Shown here: in pieces, positions 51,258-64,000 of the stretch
How the letters are laid out: every line of letters starts with the position of its first letter
How positions within the stretch are numbered: position 1 is the stretch's first letter
Origin: Toensbergia leucococca
Taxonomy: Eukaryota
Length of the DNA stretch: 64,000 nt
Reading direction: 5' to 3'
Assembly (NCBI GenBank): GCA_022813965.1
Contig: JALDZS010000078.1
Location: 1 to 64,000, forward strand
Translations under genes and position numbers: made by a program
The notes under the pieces: model-generated
Seen by the model: only the letters and a program-made list of their open reading frames with translations
What the model was told of the DNA's origin: nothing
The model's database searches: none

Positions 51258-54207
51258 TTGCGTGGCCTGTAGTAGGCTTTATAGTATTTGGACCCTGCCT
51301 CAGCTCATCATTCTCACCACCGGTCCATGAACATGCCGGAACGATCGCCGCCACATCTCAGCATGCGATACCTATATGCTTCTTGCCATACCATTACATT
51401 CAGATTAGCGCCTCTAGCTAGCCCATTATATCAACAGCTCAGCAGCGAAGTGGCCGATTATCTACCCGACCTCTATGCTGAATCGCCAAATTCTTGTACT
51501 ACCTACGGCTTAGCTACCATACTCTCAGACTTTTTATCCCGCTCTTCATCTCCGTACTTGTTTTTTTTCACTCTCGGTTAGATTATATACATAGAGGATG
51601 ATACCCATTTCGTTTACGCCTACCATTCTCTGCATGTATCATAACCTTGACCGTGTTCTCATGGACGTTTATTTCTATTTCCGTGGTCAGGGTAAATCTT
51701 GGGGTTATAGGAGGGACTATTCAAATGGCTCGTTAGTGGAAGGGTATCCATCTAAGGGCTCGATCTTTAGCTACTAAATTATTACACGAATTCAGCTGTT
51801 GACCGAAGGTCTTGACAGCAGCTATCCTCACCCCATTTGAGACTATGGACGTGCAAAAAAAGTAAGTGGGTCTTGATCTACAGCCCTGGATGACTAGCTA
51901 CGAAATTTTTCACTGCCTTAGAGCTGCGAGGATAACTCTGAAGACGAAATTTTCCGTTTCAAGCTCTGTTGACGAGCATGGATCAAAGATCAAAGGATAC
52001 CGACACTTCTGAAAGCTGCCCACAAATACTCACTCCTCGTCAGCTCAGGAACACCACCCTACTCTCCAGTCAAAGAGGGGGTTATCACATGCCACTCCCT
52101 CAACCCTTTGTCAGAAAAAAAACAAATAAATCCTCAACCGCCCCGCCCTCAAACCACCTCTACCCATCCAGCACTCAATTCAACCTCCCCCAACCCTTTT
52201 TTTCTCGGTTTCTTAGTCCGCAAAGGGTCACCTTTTCACTTGTGAGAAAACTCAAATATTTTACTTTTGATGATGTGATTTTGTGAGTTTTTTTGTGATT
52301 AAAAGGGATGGGGGGGCTTTGAATAGAGGGAGTGTTGAAGGCTGTGTTGTGAGCTTTTGTTAGTTTGAGGTTTGAGAGAGGTGATGATGATGATGGTGAG
52401 AGGACTTTTGTTGAGGATGAGAGCTTGAGGGATTTTTTTTGAGGGGGTGATGAGGGGTGTGGTGTTTTGCTTTTTGAAGAGAGGAGTTGTTGGTGGTGAT
52501 TTTTATATGACGTGAGGGTGAGTGGGAGAGTTTGTTTGTCTTTTTGAATGCTTTGATGTTTTTTTTTTCTCTCTGTTTTTTTTTTTTGAGAAATGTGAGT
52601 TGATATTGTTGTGAAAGAAATGCTGATTTAGATTATATTCAGAGTCAGAAAAAGCAAGATTTTTGGTTTTTGAGGATGTTGATGATATTCTATTAGTCAA
52701 AAAAAGGGGTTGACTGATCAAGAGATTGTCTCTTCTCATAAAGTAACCTGAAGGGAGATGAACATCTATCACTTTGTGTCTATATGTGTATAGTTTTTAG
52801 ATTTGACTATTCATTATTTATTCTTTACTAACAGTTTGGTATCAACTGAATCATTTGATGGCAAGGTGAGAGGATAAAATAGGTTGCGTTGTGAAAGAAG
52901 ATTTAATGCTCAAGAAACGAACAGAATTTTAAACTCGCTCTGTTCACCTTCTGAATCCTCGATTCCGTAGAGCCATGACAGCCGTACAAATCTGAGTCTC
53001 CACCAATTCCCACCTGTAGTTTCTCGCCAGACGTCGCTTTGCCAACGCTGATGAAAGGGTGCTTCCTGTAGCCAGAAGCAGTAGTCTGACCCATTTGGAG
53101 TTCAAGACCAACTCCCCCCCAAAGAGCCATCTCCTTTCCACGCGGAACGAACATGTCAAAAACATCTGGCTTCTGATCCCCGCATCAGAACAATCTAGTC
53201 AACCAACACAACGCCATGACAGATATCCCCGTTTTATCCTCCAAAACAAAGAACCGAACCCCCCCTCGCCAACAAGAGCTCAAATCTCAGCCCCCACACT
53301 CCCGCTTTAGAAACTCGCAGCGAAAGCAACAATTTATGACAATTAACGATAAGCAACTCTAGGATTCCAGCAACCAAGATCAGAACATGCGGATCGTTGC
53401 CAACGTCGATGAAGAATCAGCTTTTTGTAGTAGACGCGGATGAGCGAGCCAAATGCGGTCAGTTCGTAAGTTCCAAGGATGAGCCGCGCTTCCTCGGATT
53501 TGACTGGGGAATGTTTGGAGCGGTTGGTCGCAATTGCAGGGTTTTGGGTGCGGGGCATCGTGAGGAGAGGCCTAACAGATTCAACGGGGCAATGAGGGTC
53601 CCGTTTGAGATACCAGTACAATTAGCAGTTCGGAGGCCCGTCTTCTAGCCTGACTCGGTATCAATGTGGACGTGGGTTGGCGGGGCCATGAGCTGAGGCG
53701 GACCAAGAAGCGAGCTTCACTGCCTGTCCTGAGGGATGACGTCCAGTATTTCCTTCCACAAGCGCTGATTGAATCAATCACGTTTTGATTGACTAGGAGG
53801 GCCACGATTTGACCATGGCGGACGTGGAAAGTGCATCTTTGATTGATATTCTGGGCCGGCCGGAACGCAAAGTCGGAAATCACAAGGATACGATTACAAC
53901 TGGATGCCTCGTGCTCCGACTAGAAGCCGTTTCGGGGCCCTTTTGCCATCGGTCTTCGTAAACGGGCCGTGACCTCTAGGAACAGGTTAGGAGATCGGAG
54001 ACTGTTTCGGTCCACTCTGTTTCCTCAGATGAAGAGTGTGTGAGCGCTTTTCCAAACGAGCTCGCCCTGTCGCTCAGGGAATGATATTGGGATAGATATT
54101 GTGCCGGAAAGGTTGGAATGCCTTCAAGCTAAGAAGACCTTCACCAGATGATACCCTCAATCAGAAGACACCCTCAATCAAAAGATACCCCCAAGCAAAA
54201 GATGCCC

Positions 54208-55383
54208 TTAGACCAAGGATGCCCGGAACGCAAGTATGTAAGTCTTGCATTTCTTCGTCTCTATGATGATGATGTGCTTGACCCTAGCTTTCAGCTCAAT
54301 TTTAATTTTTATCTTACCATTCAGCTTAACATTGATAATCGGCTTGAGGTCATCGTCAGACACAGATTCAATCTTAACCTTATTGGTCCTGGGCCTTTTC
54401 TCTTTCCCGATATGTATTACACTCCTCGACGAAGGCCTTGGGCAGTCCATCGGCCCCGAGGTCTAGGGTAGTCCATGGCTTTGCATACAGTTGACTCCTC
54501 CAGTTTTATGAAAATCCAATGGGAGGCATCCAGCTCCAAGCAATCTGAACATATTGACTAGAATATCTGAAAAAAGGGTGTAGAATTTGAGCTGGGGGAG
54601 CTTCTGTCACAATTGTGAGCAAATGCAATTGTTTCTCTCACCCTGACTGAGAGCTTCAATTTATCTTTGATGGTGAGCTAAAGGAATGAAAACCTCACTT
54701 TGGGATATAGATCAGTCCATCGGCCCCTTACTCTCCCCGAGCTGAGACCCAGGGTTTTCACACCTGGAGAACCACTGTCAAGCGCTGACAAAGGTACAGT
54801 CGCGTAGAGCCGCAACTATCTTTGAAGTCGAAATGTGCTACTCGTCCGAGATGTCATGTGTTGGCGATATCCAGCCTCAGATGATTTTGAGTTAGCTAAG
54901 ATACTTAGTTATTGAATCCGAAGAAAATGAAGTAGACAAAGACCCTCTAATGGTCTTCCCATTGCTCTCTTGACGATAGTTTTCTCACTTTTTCTCAATT
55001 TTTCTCATCCTGGTGATTTCTTCGGCGTGAGCTTTGTGAGCTCTAACTTCTTTTCTTTTTTTTCAGAGTTCTGCTTGTTGCTTGTTCAATGATCCTACCT
55101 TGACAACTTTTGCGAGCCTGACGGCTTCTTCACCACTGAATTACTCTGCTAGTCTTTAAACAAATTTGAGACTTTGGTTCTTGAAGTGATTGAACCTTCC
55201 TGGTCGTAAGAAAATGATCTGAGCGAAGTGCTCCTAATATTGACGTACAGATTGACCCTCCGCGTGAAATGCCAGGGAAGCCATCTTCGAGCCCGCTCAT
55301 TGCCTTGTTTTTGTGTGTTGTGTACTTTAAGTTTTCATTGCTTCAGCTCTGAACACCGATGATCCCTCATTGACTGATGACAT
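54208..55383 (-). pseudogene. Possible decayed (RIP-like) gene: protein-like single frame interrupted by many stop codons
   Basis: The frame from ATG 55383 reads as helical protein (...FSGEEAVRLAKVVKVGSLNKQQAEL*KKRKEVRAHKAHAEEITRMRKIEKK*...KLPQLKFYTLFSDILVNMFRLLGAGCLPLDFHK...) and runs in frame into ORF 54208-54450. Stop density is near random expectation, so this call is tentative. Confidence 0.3.
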
Positions 55384-57339
55384 ATGGCCGCGACAAGAGC
55401 CCCTGTGAAGATCAGAGTCAGCTTAGTAGCATGCTAACAAGGTTTACTATCATCAAATTAGACTTTTGGTTCGACGCTCCAGAGGTTTTGACAGGGGCGT
55501 GCCGCTGCAGTGCTCAGCTTTGAACCTGTTGCCACCATCTCTATATGAAACCTTTTCAGCTTCAGAGCTTCTACCCTCACTGGCAAGAATAGGCTTTCAG
55601 GCCGTCCTCGAAATAATTCTGTGGGTATAAATTTAAAAAGAAATTTTGTGTATATGTGACTAGATGTTGGGGTGCTTCAGGAGTCAGAGTCGATGATATT
55701 AGAGTGCCACACATCAAACACGAAAGCAAAATGAGTGCTAATTGTACCCTTTAGTCAATGACGAGGATTCAGCTTTTCCAGTGATTGAAATAAACCCGGC
55801 AGGACGGACGAAATCTTTAGATCTACAGAAGAAACATAAACTCGCCCAAGGGCTCAACCGGGTTGGGGCTACCATATCTTGGAATGGCATGGGCGATCAG
55901 CATTGCTTTGAATCCTAATATTGACATAGTTGCAGCGACCCTCCAAGCAGAAACTGACTAAGTAGCGCAGATTGATGCAAGTGTCCTGGCTCCTGGTGCC
56001 GAGATCCATTCCAGCATTGCGATGGCTTTGGTAGAGTCGGAAACCATGCTTATTCTTCCATATTACCATCCGAGATTCGTGTCCGCGAAAGGGGTCCTTT
56101 GTACCCGCTTTGCGATGAAATCAATCAGAGAACCTTAGAATGTGTCGTTATGTTCTTCAACCGCACTGCTTGGAACGCATGAAGAAATGGAGGTGTAAAG
56201 CGAACGTTTTACAAGGAACCCTCCCTCCAGGTCCATCTGCATCAAGCACCGGGGCACAAGCTCTTAAATTATCTTGCACCTGCTATTGTGGTTGCAAGAG
56301 CAAAGTAAAACAGTCGTCAGCGTTCCGAGGGAAATTTCCCTGGACTTTTCTAAAATAGCCGTTGATGCTTCAGCAAGGCCAATATCGAAGAAATTACCGT
56401 CTCATACAAAAATGCCTCTGATCAAGCTTTGCGTTCGAGCTTTGGAGTAGTGATCGAATTCGAACAGATTCATGTTTGACTAGATTGCCGCATTGAGATG
56501 ACATTAATTACTCGAGAGACTGATTACAAGAATGAGCACCACTAGCCAGGGAGGCTCACAGCCAGCTGAACAGCAGATGAAAGACTGAAGAGGGACGAAT
56601 GTGTAGCTCAATGGGCCTGTGTGAGCATCGAATGCAAGCTCCATAGCCTAAATAGGTGGTGTGGAGAAGAGAAACAGCGAGGGTAATTGAAAAGTGACAC
56701 TTGAAAATAGATGCGTTCAAATGTGAGGCGAGGCCTCTATTTCGGGTTCCAGCCATGACAGGCAGTAGATGACTTAACGACTAGGTGAAGAGTACTGCCT
56801 AATGTATTGCATGAAGCACCTCAGGCTTCGGGTATACATCGAGACGACAGATGTCTATCCGGATCTCACAACCTGATAGGACATCGGGCAACCCCCAGTC
56901 AAATGTCTTTAGAGAATCCTAAATTCCCTTCTTCCTTGAAACAAACCATCTTGTCGATTCTTCATATAGAGTCCAAGATACCTGCCCTTGGCATAGCGAA
57001 CGCGAAGCATCACCTTGTAAGATGTACCTTTAATTATGTGAGCCTGACGCCTGAGTAGAGGAGGGTGTATATGAAAGGGATGTGATTGAGGACCGGACTC
57101 AGACTCTAAGCCTGCAATATTCCAAATCAGGTCTCGCCTAAATATTTCGTGACTAGTCTTTAGCACCACATTGAATCAACTTCGGCTTGGACGTAAGATT
57201 GGCTACATATCTCAAAGGAAGGGACAAGTGTCTTGTCCTGCCAAAGACACAAACATATGCTCAAGGGATGCTACATTCCCGGCAACAACCGTAGCAGCTG
57301 CTACCACGCAAGCTCGCTCACCCTCTCCCAAGCTCAAAG

Positions 57340-58103
57340 ATGTATCACCTTGCCAAATCTCTCTACCTTTATGCAACTAGTAAAGAGGGTATTGACCTCC
57401 TTCTATTTCCCCCCTAGAATCATTTGTATTAACAAGCCTACCATTAAAAGAATACTCCATCCTCCTTCTTGGCCTCGACAATGCCGGCAAGACCACTCTC
57501 CTATCCGCCATTAAATCGCTCTACCATCCCACCCACCCGGCCACCTCGACAAAAACAGTCCCGACAGTCGGCCAGAATGTCTCAACTATCTCCCTCCCAG
57601 ACATGTACCTCAAGATTTGGGATGTTGGTGGCCAACACTCGCTGCGCAAATTATGGCAAAGCTACTACAGCAGCTGCCACGCCATCGTCTTCGTAATCGA
57701 TAGCTCTGATGTTGGAGACGCAGATCTGGAGCTGCTCTCTAAGCACTCGGCTTCTCCTTCTACAGGGGAGAGGTCTGCGACCATCAATGACACATCGAAC
57801 CATGTTGGGCGGCTGGAGGAATGCAGATTGGTGCTCGAGAGCGTACTGGCGGCTGATGGGACAGAGGGGATACCGATACTAGTCCTAGCGAACAAGCAGG
57901 ATAGGGAAGATTGCGTAGAAACAGTAAGGATCAAGGAGGGGTTAGTGAGGCCTGTTTTTGAAGGGGAGAGAGGAGGTGGGATCAGAGATAGTAGGGTTTT
58001 GCCTATTAGTGCATTGAACGGGACTGGAGTGGAGGAGGCGGTGGAGTGGGTCAGGAGTCGAGTCAAGTGGAATCGGGAGGGGAGGGCGCCGGTCATGCGT
58101 TGA
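57340..58103 (+). CDS. ARL3: Arf-like small GTPase Arl3 / ARFRP1
   Basis: MYHLAKSLYLYATSKE|EYSILLLGLDNAGKTTLL (intron 57389-57450), TVPTVGQN, IWDVGGQ, LANKQD, ISAL.GTGV. The N-terminus lacks Gly2, as expected for the acetylated Arl3/ARFRP1 clade. Confidence 0.95.
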
Positions 58104-58712
58104 CGGGGACAGAGGAAAGAGTTGGGTCAGGAGACCTTGGAATGGTGTCTGGTGGTAGGAGGTCAAAGCTTTTTGAGCAAATAGTTCTTGGCAAACAGAA
58201 GCCATGGAAGGGAACTGGGTAGATTTCATGTAGCTTGAAGGTTTCAGTCCAGTATGAGCAAAACATGCAGCTGTCAGCGGTAAGCAATCACGCTCAGTAG
58301 GTAACAATCGTCGAATTAAGCGTTTCAAATGCAGTAACATTATTCTGATAGTTTCAATCATCTGAAGATGTACTTTTCTCCTTTTCAGGGCCAGCAAGAA
58401 GGTTTGTAATGGTCCGACAAGGCTGAGGAAAAGAGAATGTCCCAAGGAAGCATCCCTGTCAACGTGCATCATGCGGCATGCCCCGCAACGCGACATTCTT
58501 GATGCAAACCTAGAGGTAGCATATCAGTCCGAGAATTCAATCCTGCTTTCAGAGCAATCTGATCTTTTATGGCTCCGTCTTGCTGAACAAAAGGAGAGCC
58601 TATGATCACTCATCAACCATTGACTCCTTCAGCTCATCTCCGTAACAATACTGTGCTGTTTGTCGCCTATATCTCGGTTCCAACCCACGCGTCAACCCAT
58701 GTTCAGCCCGTC

Positions 58713-60415
58713 ATGGCACCCATAGAGCCAGACCTGTACAACGCAAACTTCCGCCCCATCTCTCTCTTCAGCGGCTATATCGTTCTAGCATCATCCCTCA
58801 CATACCTTATCACTCGTCGTGTCCTCTACCGCGCCTATACATCTATACCTCCCTCGCAAGCTACGCGCCATAGACAACATGATAGACAGAGGCACGTGCG
58901 CATCTTTGCTGGACTTACCGTGCTTAGTCTGGGAGTGGCATGCTATCAACTCTTTAGTCTTCTTAGTCTGAGCTACAAAGTCTGGGCTCATGAGCGAGGT
59001 GAAGCCCTGCCAATTGGCTTGTGGGGGAGAGGAGGGCTTTTTGGTGGTGATGAGGGCCAGGGATTGGCACTGGGTAGATGGTTTCATGATACAGATCTAC
59101 TACGGGAGACCTGGGAGATTGCAATCGAGAAGAGTAGGAGATTTTGGTGGACTCAGCAGTTGTGGCTTGGAGCTGCCGCGTGGAGTGTATTTTTGGGCAT
59201 CGAAGGTGAACATCTTCATTCTTTCGAAGTAAAGAACGGCATCTAACGAGCGACGTAGGTCAAAGACGTAATATTCCCTATCTATGGGCTTTCATGACAC
59301 TCGCCTTGACCGTTTCTCTTTCCTTCACCCAGAATCTCTTCTTTCTTGCACTTCTCTGGACGCCACTTCCACTTAGCGATGACACCGCCTCTCCACCACT
59401 ACTCAAGAAAGTCCGCATCGCTCCCAAAACACCATCCGTGCGAAAGGTCACCAAAGTAGTTCACAATGCCGCAGCGAAGACAGAGGGTCTCATCATTCGA
59501 ACCCGAAATCAACTCTCCTCGTATGCCACCTACCACTTACCTTCCAAACCTTCTGACTGGACCCCTTACCCTATCGTTCACATCCTGCTGCTCCTCCCTA
59601 CAGTCATCCTAATATTCCTCCTTCCCTTTGCCTCCTCTACTCCATCATTTCCAACAATAATCATCTTGACTCACTTTGCGCTCGTTCCGCCCCTATATCC
59701 TCATCTTCTACCTACCGCCTTCGGCTCTACACACTCCTCATCTCTCTCGACGCATCATTCTTATCTTCCTCTCTTCCGCTTTGTCGCTCTCACAGTATTC
59801 CTCCTACACCTTAAACAAACATCTATAGCGCTCCTTGACAACGAGCCAGGATCCCACTATCATCGTCATAGTCTCATGTTTTTCTATCAAGACGAGGAGC
59901 GCAGTAAACTCGAGAGAACGGCTTCGGCTGCGTCAAGAGTACTGGCTGCGATGAACGATCATCCGAGTGTATCGAAAGTGGCATGGGACGTGATACTCTG
60001 TGGGGCTAGCTGCATATTGTGGGCGGCTGTAAGGGGACTGGACGCTGAAGCTATGTTGGAAAATGTAGGGTGGATGGGGGGAAATGCGGTGTCATTGTTG
60101 AAGGCGATGCCTGAAGCTACGGCGTCTGGTGCAAAGGGGAAAAATAAAGAATCATTCAAGATCCCTCAAATTACGCGAAAGACTCTCTCTAATTCAAGGG
60201 ACGACTCTTCGGAGGAGGAAGCTTTTGCACCGGACGGTGGTGTAGGGAAAGCGCATGGTCGAGATGGTGCTTCTGATATGAGTACGGAAATAGGAGGGGA
60301 GGAAGACGTGGCGGAGGACTGGGAAGCTGGTGCGTTGGCATGGGGGCTAACGGCTGTGGGGGGATTAGGTATAGGAAGTGTGGGGGTAATGGGTGGAGAA
60401 GTGGGGGGAAGGTGA
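58713..60415 (+). CDS. Conserved fungal multi-pass membrane protein of unknown function
   Basis: ORFs 58602-59246 and 59294-60415 join by intron about 59206-59259 (...FLGIEG|QRRNIPYLWAFMTLALTVSLSF...); several TM segments; DHPSVSKVAWDVIL; C-terminal WEAGALAWGLTAVGGLG. Confidence 0.82.
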
Positions 60416-63400
60416 GGAAGGAGAAAAAGGGACTGTAGTTGATGGCTCAAAGAGCGTCTGCACGAAGAATGAATTATGACTGGCGATTGCCGGGGAGGGG
60501 TGGGGGGGAGGGGTTGATGATTTGGGCGCATGAGGTGGGACGAGCTTGTAAGCGTCGGAAGGGTAGACACATCCTCGAGGACTTGCACGCTCCTGTCCGT
60601 TCAGAGGTCTCAGCGATCGAGGTCCGCGTTGATGCTGGGAAACGTAACAACGTATGCAGCTGGCGGAAACGCTCGGGATGGCAGACTTTAGTAGCACTGC
60701 AGTAGAGGAAGAGCAGCTTCACGGGCCAAGGATTTGATTTGAGACGACTGATGTAATCAAGAGATGCATGCGGTGATGCCTAGCCCACCTGCAATCTGCA
60801 TGTAGCCAGACCGTTCTGCTGCATCCATCATCCGAGCGGGGGTGGGGGATTTGATCCATGTGCATAGAGTATGTGCTTGTTCGTGTAATGTGCATATGAG
60901 TGACGATTGCTGCAGATTTTGTTTCTGGGACTAGGAAGATGTTTAATCTGTGTATCCGTAGTTCTAGTGAGATTGGGACTGAGGGGTTTCAGGTTGAGTG
61001 TAGTGCCGGAAGGGGTGTATTATTGGTTGATGGTTGTGCTGTACTACACAGAGTCGTGCGTGCTTTCTTTTTTATATTGTCTAAATGGTGCAGGTGCATT
61101 TTGAGCTAGGGTGTGCAGAGCCGTGTAGTAAGGGTTTGTTTACTTGATATCTTGGTTGGGGTTCGTAGAGCCATGTATGAACTATCTATCCTATTGATTT
61201 TGTATCGAATTGACAATGGAAGAATGTACCGCCTGCTTGAATAAAATAGGAACAAGAAACAGACGTATTAGGATGAGAGAGAGAAGAGAGAAGAGGAGAA
61301 GCAGGGGAAGAAAAGAGATGAGGAGATTAGAGGTCAACGTTATTTCAACAATTGCAAATCATGGCCAAGTGTCCAGGCCTCTGGCTGGGCAGATAGAGTT
61401 TGATGAATGATTGAGATCTTGTTTAGGAGGAAGACTAATGTTTCTGTTAAGATGAAGCTATCGTACATGGCGTCGCGGCACAAATTAGTGAGTGATTTAC
61501 ATACAATGATCATCAAAAACTTAGGGTTCGGCAATCTTGAGGGGGCTACGGATAGAATAGCGTAGGATGAGGGTGTGTTGGCGTGAAATCAACAAGGGAT
61601 CTGCATTTTGTTAGCGTTCTGCGGAGGATAAGCTCGCTTGATGTGATGTGCAAGGCGGGGAAGTTTTTGGTCCATTCTGGGGAGGTGATTGGATGCTGAG
61701 GCAATTCCATATTGTGTGGGCTTAGTTCTGCCTTTCTGGGCATGGCTTCCTCCAGCCCGCTCTTATATTGTAGCTGAGCATTGTGCGCGGCCTCCTTGAG
61801 AACGTGGAGGTTTGGCGTTCTGGCCTGGGATGCTTTGTTCAATGTCGACATGCTAAGCATTCTATAGTAAGCGCCAAGCGTTACCAGCCAATGCCATTGG
61901 AGAGGTTCTCCCACAAACACAAGGATGTCATTATCGTGATTTTCCTTTGGGGCTTTCTAGCTCTCTGCATTTTGCACATGTCAATTGTTGACACCACCAG
62001 GTGAGAGCTGAGAGATGCCCGAGTCTTATCAGCAGAGGGTCTTTGCGCGACCATGATAGGCCGTCTAGTCCGGCGGTCACCCCCTCGATATGGATCATGA
62101 CACACTCCCGCAGAAGATACCGCTGGAGCAAACTCCACTATGCGTGCGCGTGGTACCAATCCATAGGTATCGAGGAGAGCGTCTGGTAAGGACCTGCAGC
62201 AGGCGTACGATCCAACTGCAGATCTTCGTATGGATGACGACGTTGATTGGGCAATTGGTCTGATACATGGTACGTGTTTTCGGTTATCTGCTGTGTACGC
62301 GTATCACTCGTGAAATCGACGATATCAGTAACGAGATTCTGAACACGTCCTCGGGTCATATGGGCAATCTCAACTTGGATCATATTGTCAATGTTAACAA
62401 CGCCCCAAGTAAGGCGTAGGATTTAGACTAAGTTAGGTGGATATCTAAATCTTAACATCTCTCTGATGTTCCAACCTCAAAAGTGGGAAGATGAAAAAAC
62501 TGGTAGCTACTGCAGTGTAAGTACGAAAATGATTCCTCGCGTTCTATGTTTCACGACTGACAGTGGGGAACAATAACGCCAGGGATTTGCGGCTTAGCAA
62601 GCGAAGGAAGGATTTGTACTCGATGAGCCCCCTTCTTCGATTGAATATTCTAGTGATGTTGGCCTCAACTCTACTTTGCCACGCTCGATTGCTGTAGTCA
62701 ATTATGAAAATTACACCAGATCTGTGTCATGCCATTTCTTAGATGAAGTAGGCACCTAGAATGATCTTTAGGGAAATTTTGATTTGCCACTTTGACAACC
62801 GACCCCTGTCCCTCTCCTACCGTAATGCCACCAATGCCGTGCTTGATGTGAGCTAAAGGAGATTCTACGAGCGGGACAACCAACTCCTCCTCACCACCTC
62901 TGCCTGTAAGGCTACTCCCTCTCAACCACTTCTTCTCTTCACCTCCGTCAGCTCACTCGTCGGCTCTTTCTTCTTTCAGTTTTGCTGCATTTCTTATTCA
63001 TTCCATTTCGCCTAGCGACATTCTTCCGACAACACTCGCTTTCGACTCGTTCCAGGGGGAGAAGTAATCTTATTCTACACCACGTTTCCCCTCCAGTCAT
63101 CATCTAACATCAGGACAGTCTGAGAGTGGGCTTGAACCGGAGACTAGTAGTCTACCATTACAGAGTACGGAATCCACCCAGGCCTTTAACCTTTCATCGC
63201 TCTGTGTCCTTTCCATGACTGACTGAGGTACGGTGCACAGCCAGCCAGTCACTTACCATCCTTGAAACGTCCACAACTCTCTTTTACAAATAAAATTCCA
63301 AGGATCGATTCAATTCGAATGCTGTCGTAATACCTGCTCTTTATTGCCCATCTGTTTCCTCTCAGACATCTCGTCCCAGGAGAAGTGTATGTTGAGCCTG

Positions 63401-63668
63401 ACCTTCTTGAATATGCTCTTCCCTAGAGTATGCACCTGACTTCAAGGCACGTTTCGTAAAATGCACAAGGAGGTGCAGTATTCCCAAGTACCTATGATTC
63501 TAACCTATGTCTTTTTTCAAACTAGGCACGCGGCTCATCTGATTCACTCACAACAATCAACTCCCCTCCATCCCGTCTTACATCGTCAAGACACAGTCCT
63601 TTGGTTTGCCAAGTCTTGCCATCGAGTCTAGAATAGCTTTTGAAACATTCCGAGACACCTTATACAAG

Positions 63669-64000
63669 ATGACTGCTCTGGTGCAGACATTTCTCCAGCC
63701 ACCTTCGACAGTCACTATGCTGCAGACTCGTCCATCATCTGCTTCCGATACCTGGGATTCGGTTCCATCAGGTCAACAGCATCCACGGATCTCTCAACCA
63801 CCAAGGAACATCTACAATACGTCTGTTGGTGGAATGGCGACTGGAAGTTATCGTGGGCATACGTCGATCTCGCCAGTGGCTCCATATGCCTTTACAAGCA
63901 CCCCAGTCGTGAACACCGTAGTCAATCCACTTAGACAGCATCCCACTGCACCCCATCTTCGCCAAGAGAATCGAACATCCTCTGCCCCTGTGATACCTTA
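63669..64000 (+). CDS. 5' end of a fungal low-complexity hypothetical protein; runs off the window end
   Basis: Stop-free frame MTALVQTFLQPPSTVTMLQTRPSSAS...YRGHTSISPVAPYAFTSTPV...HPTAPHLRQENRTSSAPVIP to the window end (absent from the ORF track because it has no stop); good ATG context (aagATG). Confidence 0.7.
   Translation, partial: MTALVQTFLQPPSTVTMLQTRPSSASDTWDSVPSGQQHPRISQPPRNIYNTSVGGMATGSYRGHTSISPVAPYAFTSTPVVNTVVNPLRQHPTAPHLRQENRTSSAPVIP

Overview
This is eukaryotic DNA from a filamentous ascomycete (Pezizomycotina), shown by short GT-AG spliceosomal introns with CTAAC/CTGAC branch sites and typical fungal genes. About 22 protein-coding genes are supported: a multicopper oxidase (truncated at the left edge), a HAD hydrolase, poly(A) polymerase, a DUF2235/Tle1-like hydrolase, a CorA-like membrane protein, acyl-CoA thioesterase II, a C2H2 protein, an amidase, 2-isopropylmalate synthase, a thaumatin-like protein, a FucP-type MFS permease, TCTP, sphinganine hydroxylase, a GPI-type cell-surface protein, long-chain fatty alcohol oxidase, a FYVE protein, an Arl3/ARFRP1 GTPase and several hypothetical proteins. 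Beyond the gene list, five things stand out. (1) A clean 518-bp hAT-type non-autonomous element with 13-bp TIRs and a perfect 8-bp target duplication. (2) About ten sharp C-rich to G-rich strand-skew switches, in genes and between genes, strong enough to reshape protein composition. (3) Four genes ending in peroxisomal PTS1 tripeptides, two of them with FarA-type CCGAGG promoter sites. (4) A duplicated peptide insert in the HAD enzyme. (5) Several probable decayed reading frames. I found no rRNA, tRNA or CRISPR. Exon boundaries were read by eye and no database searches were run.
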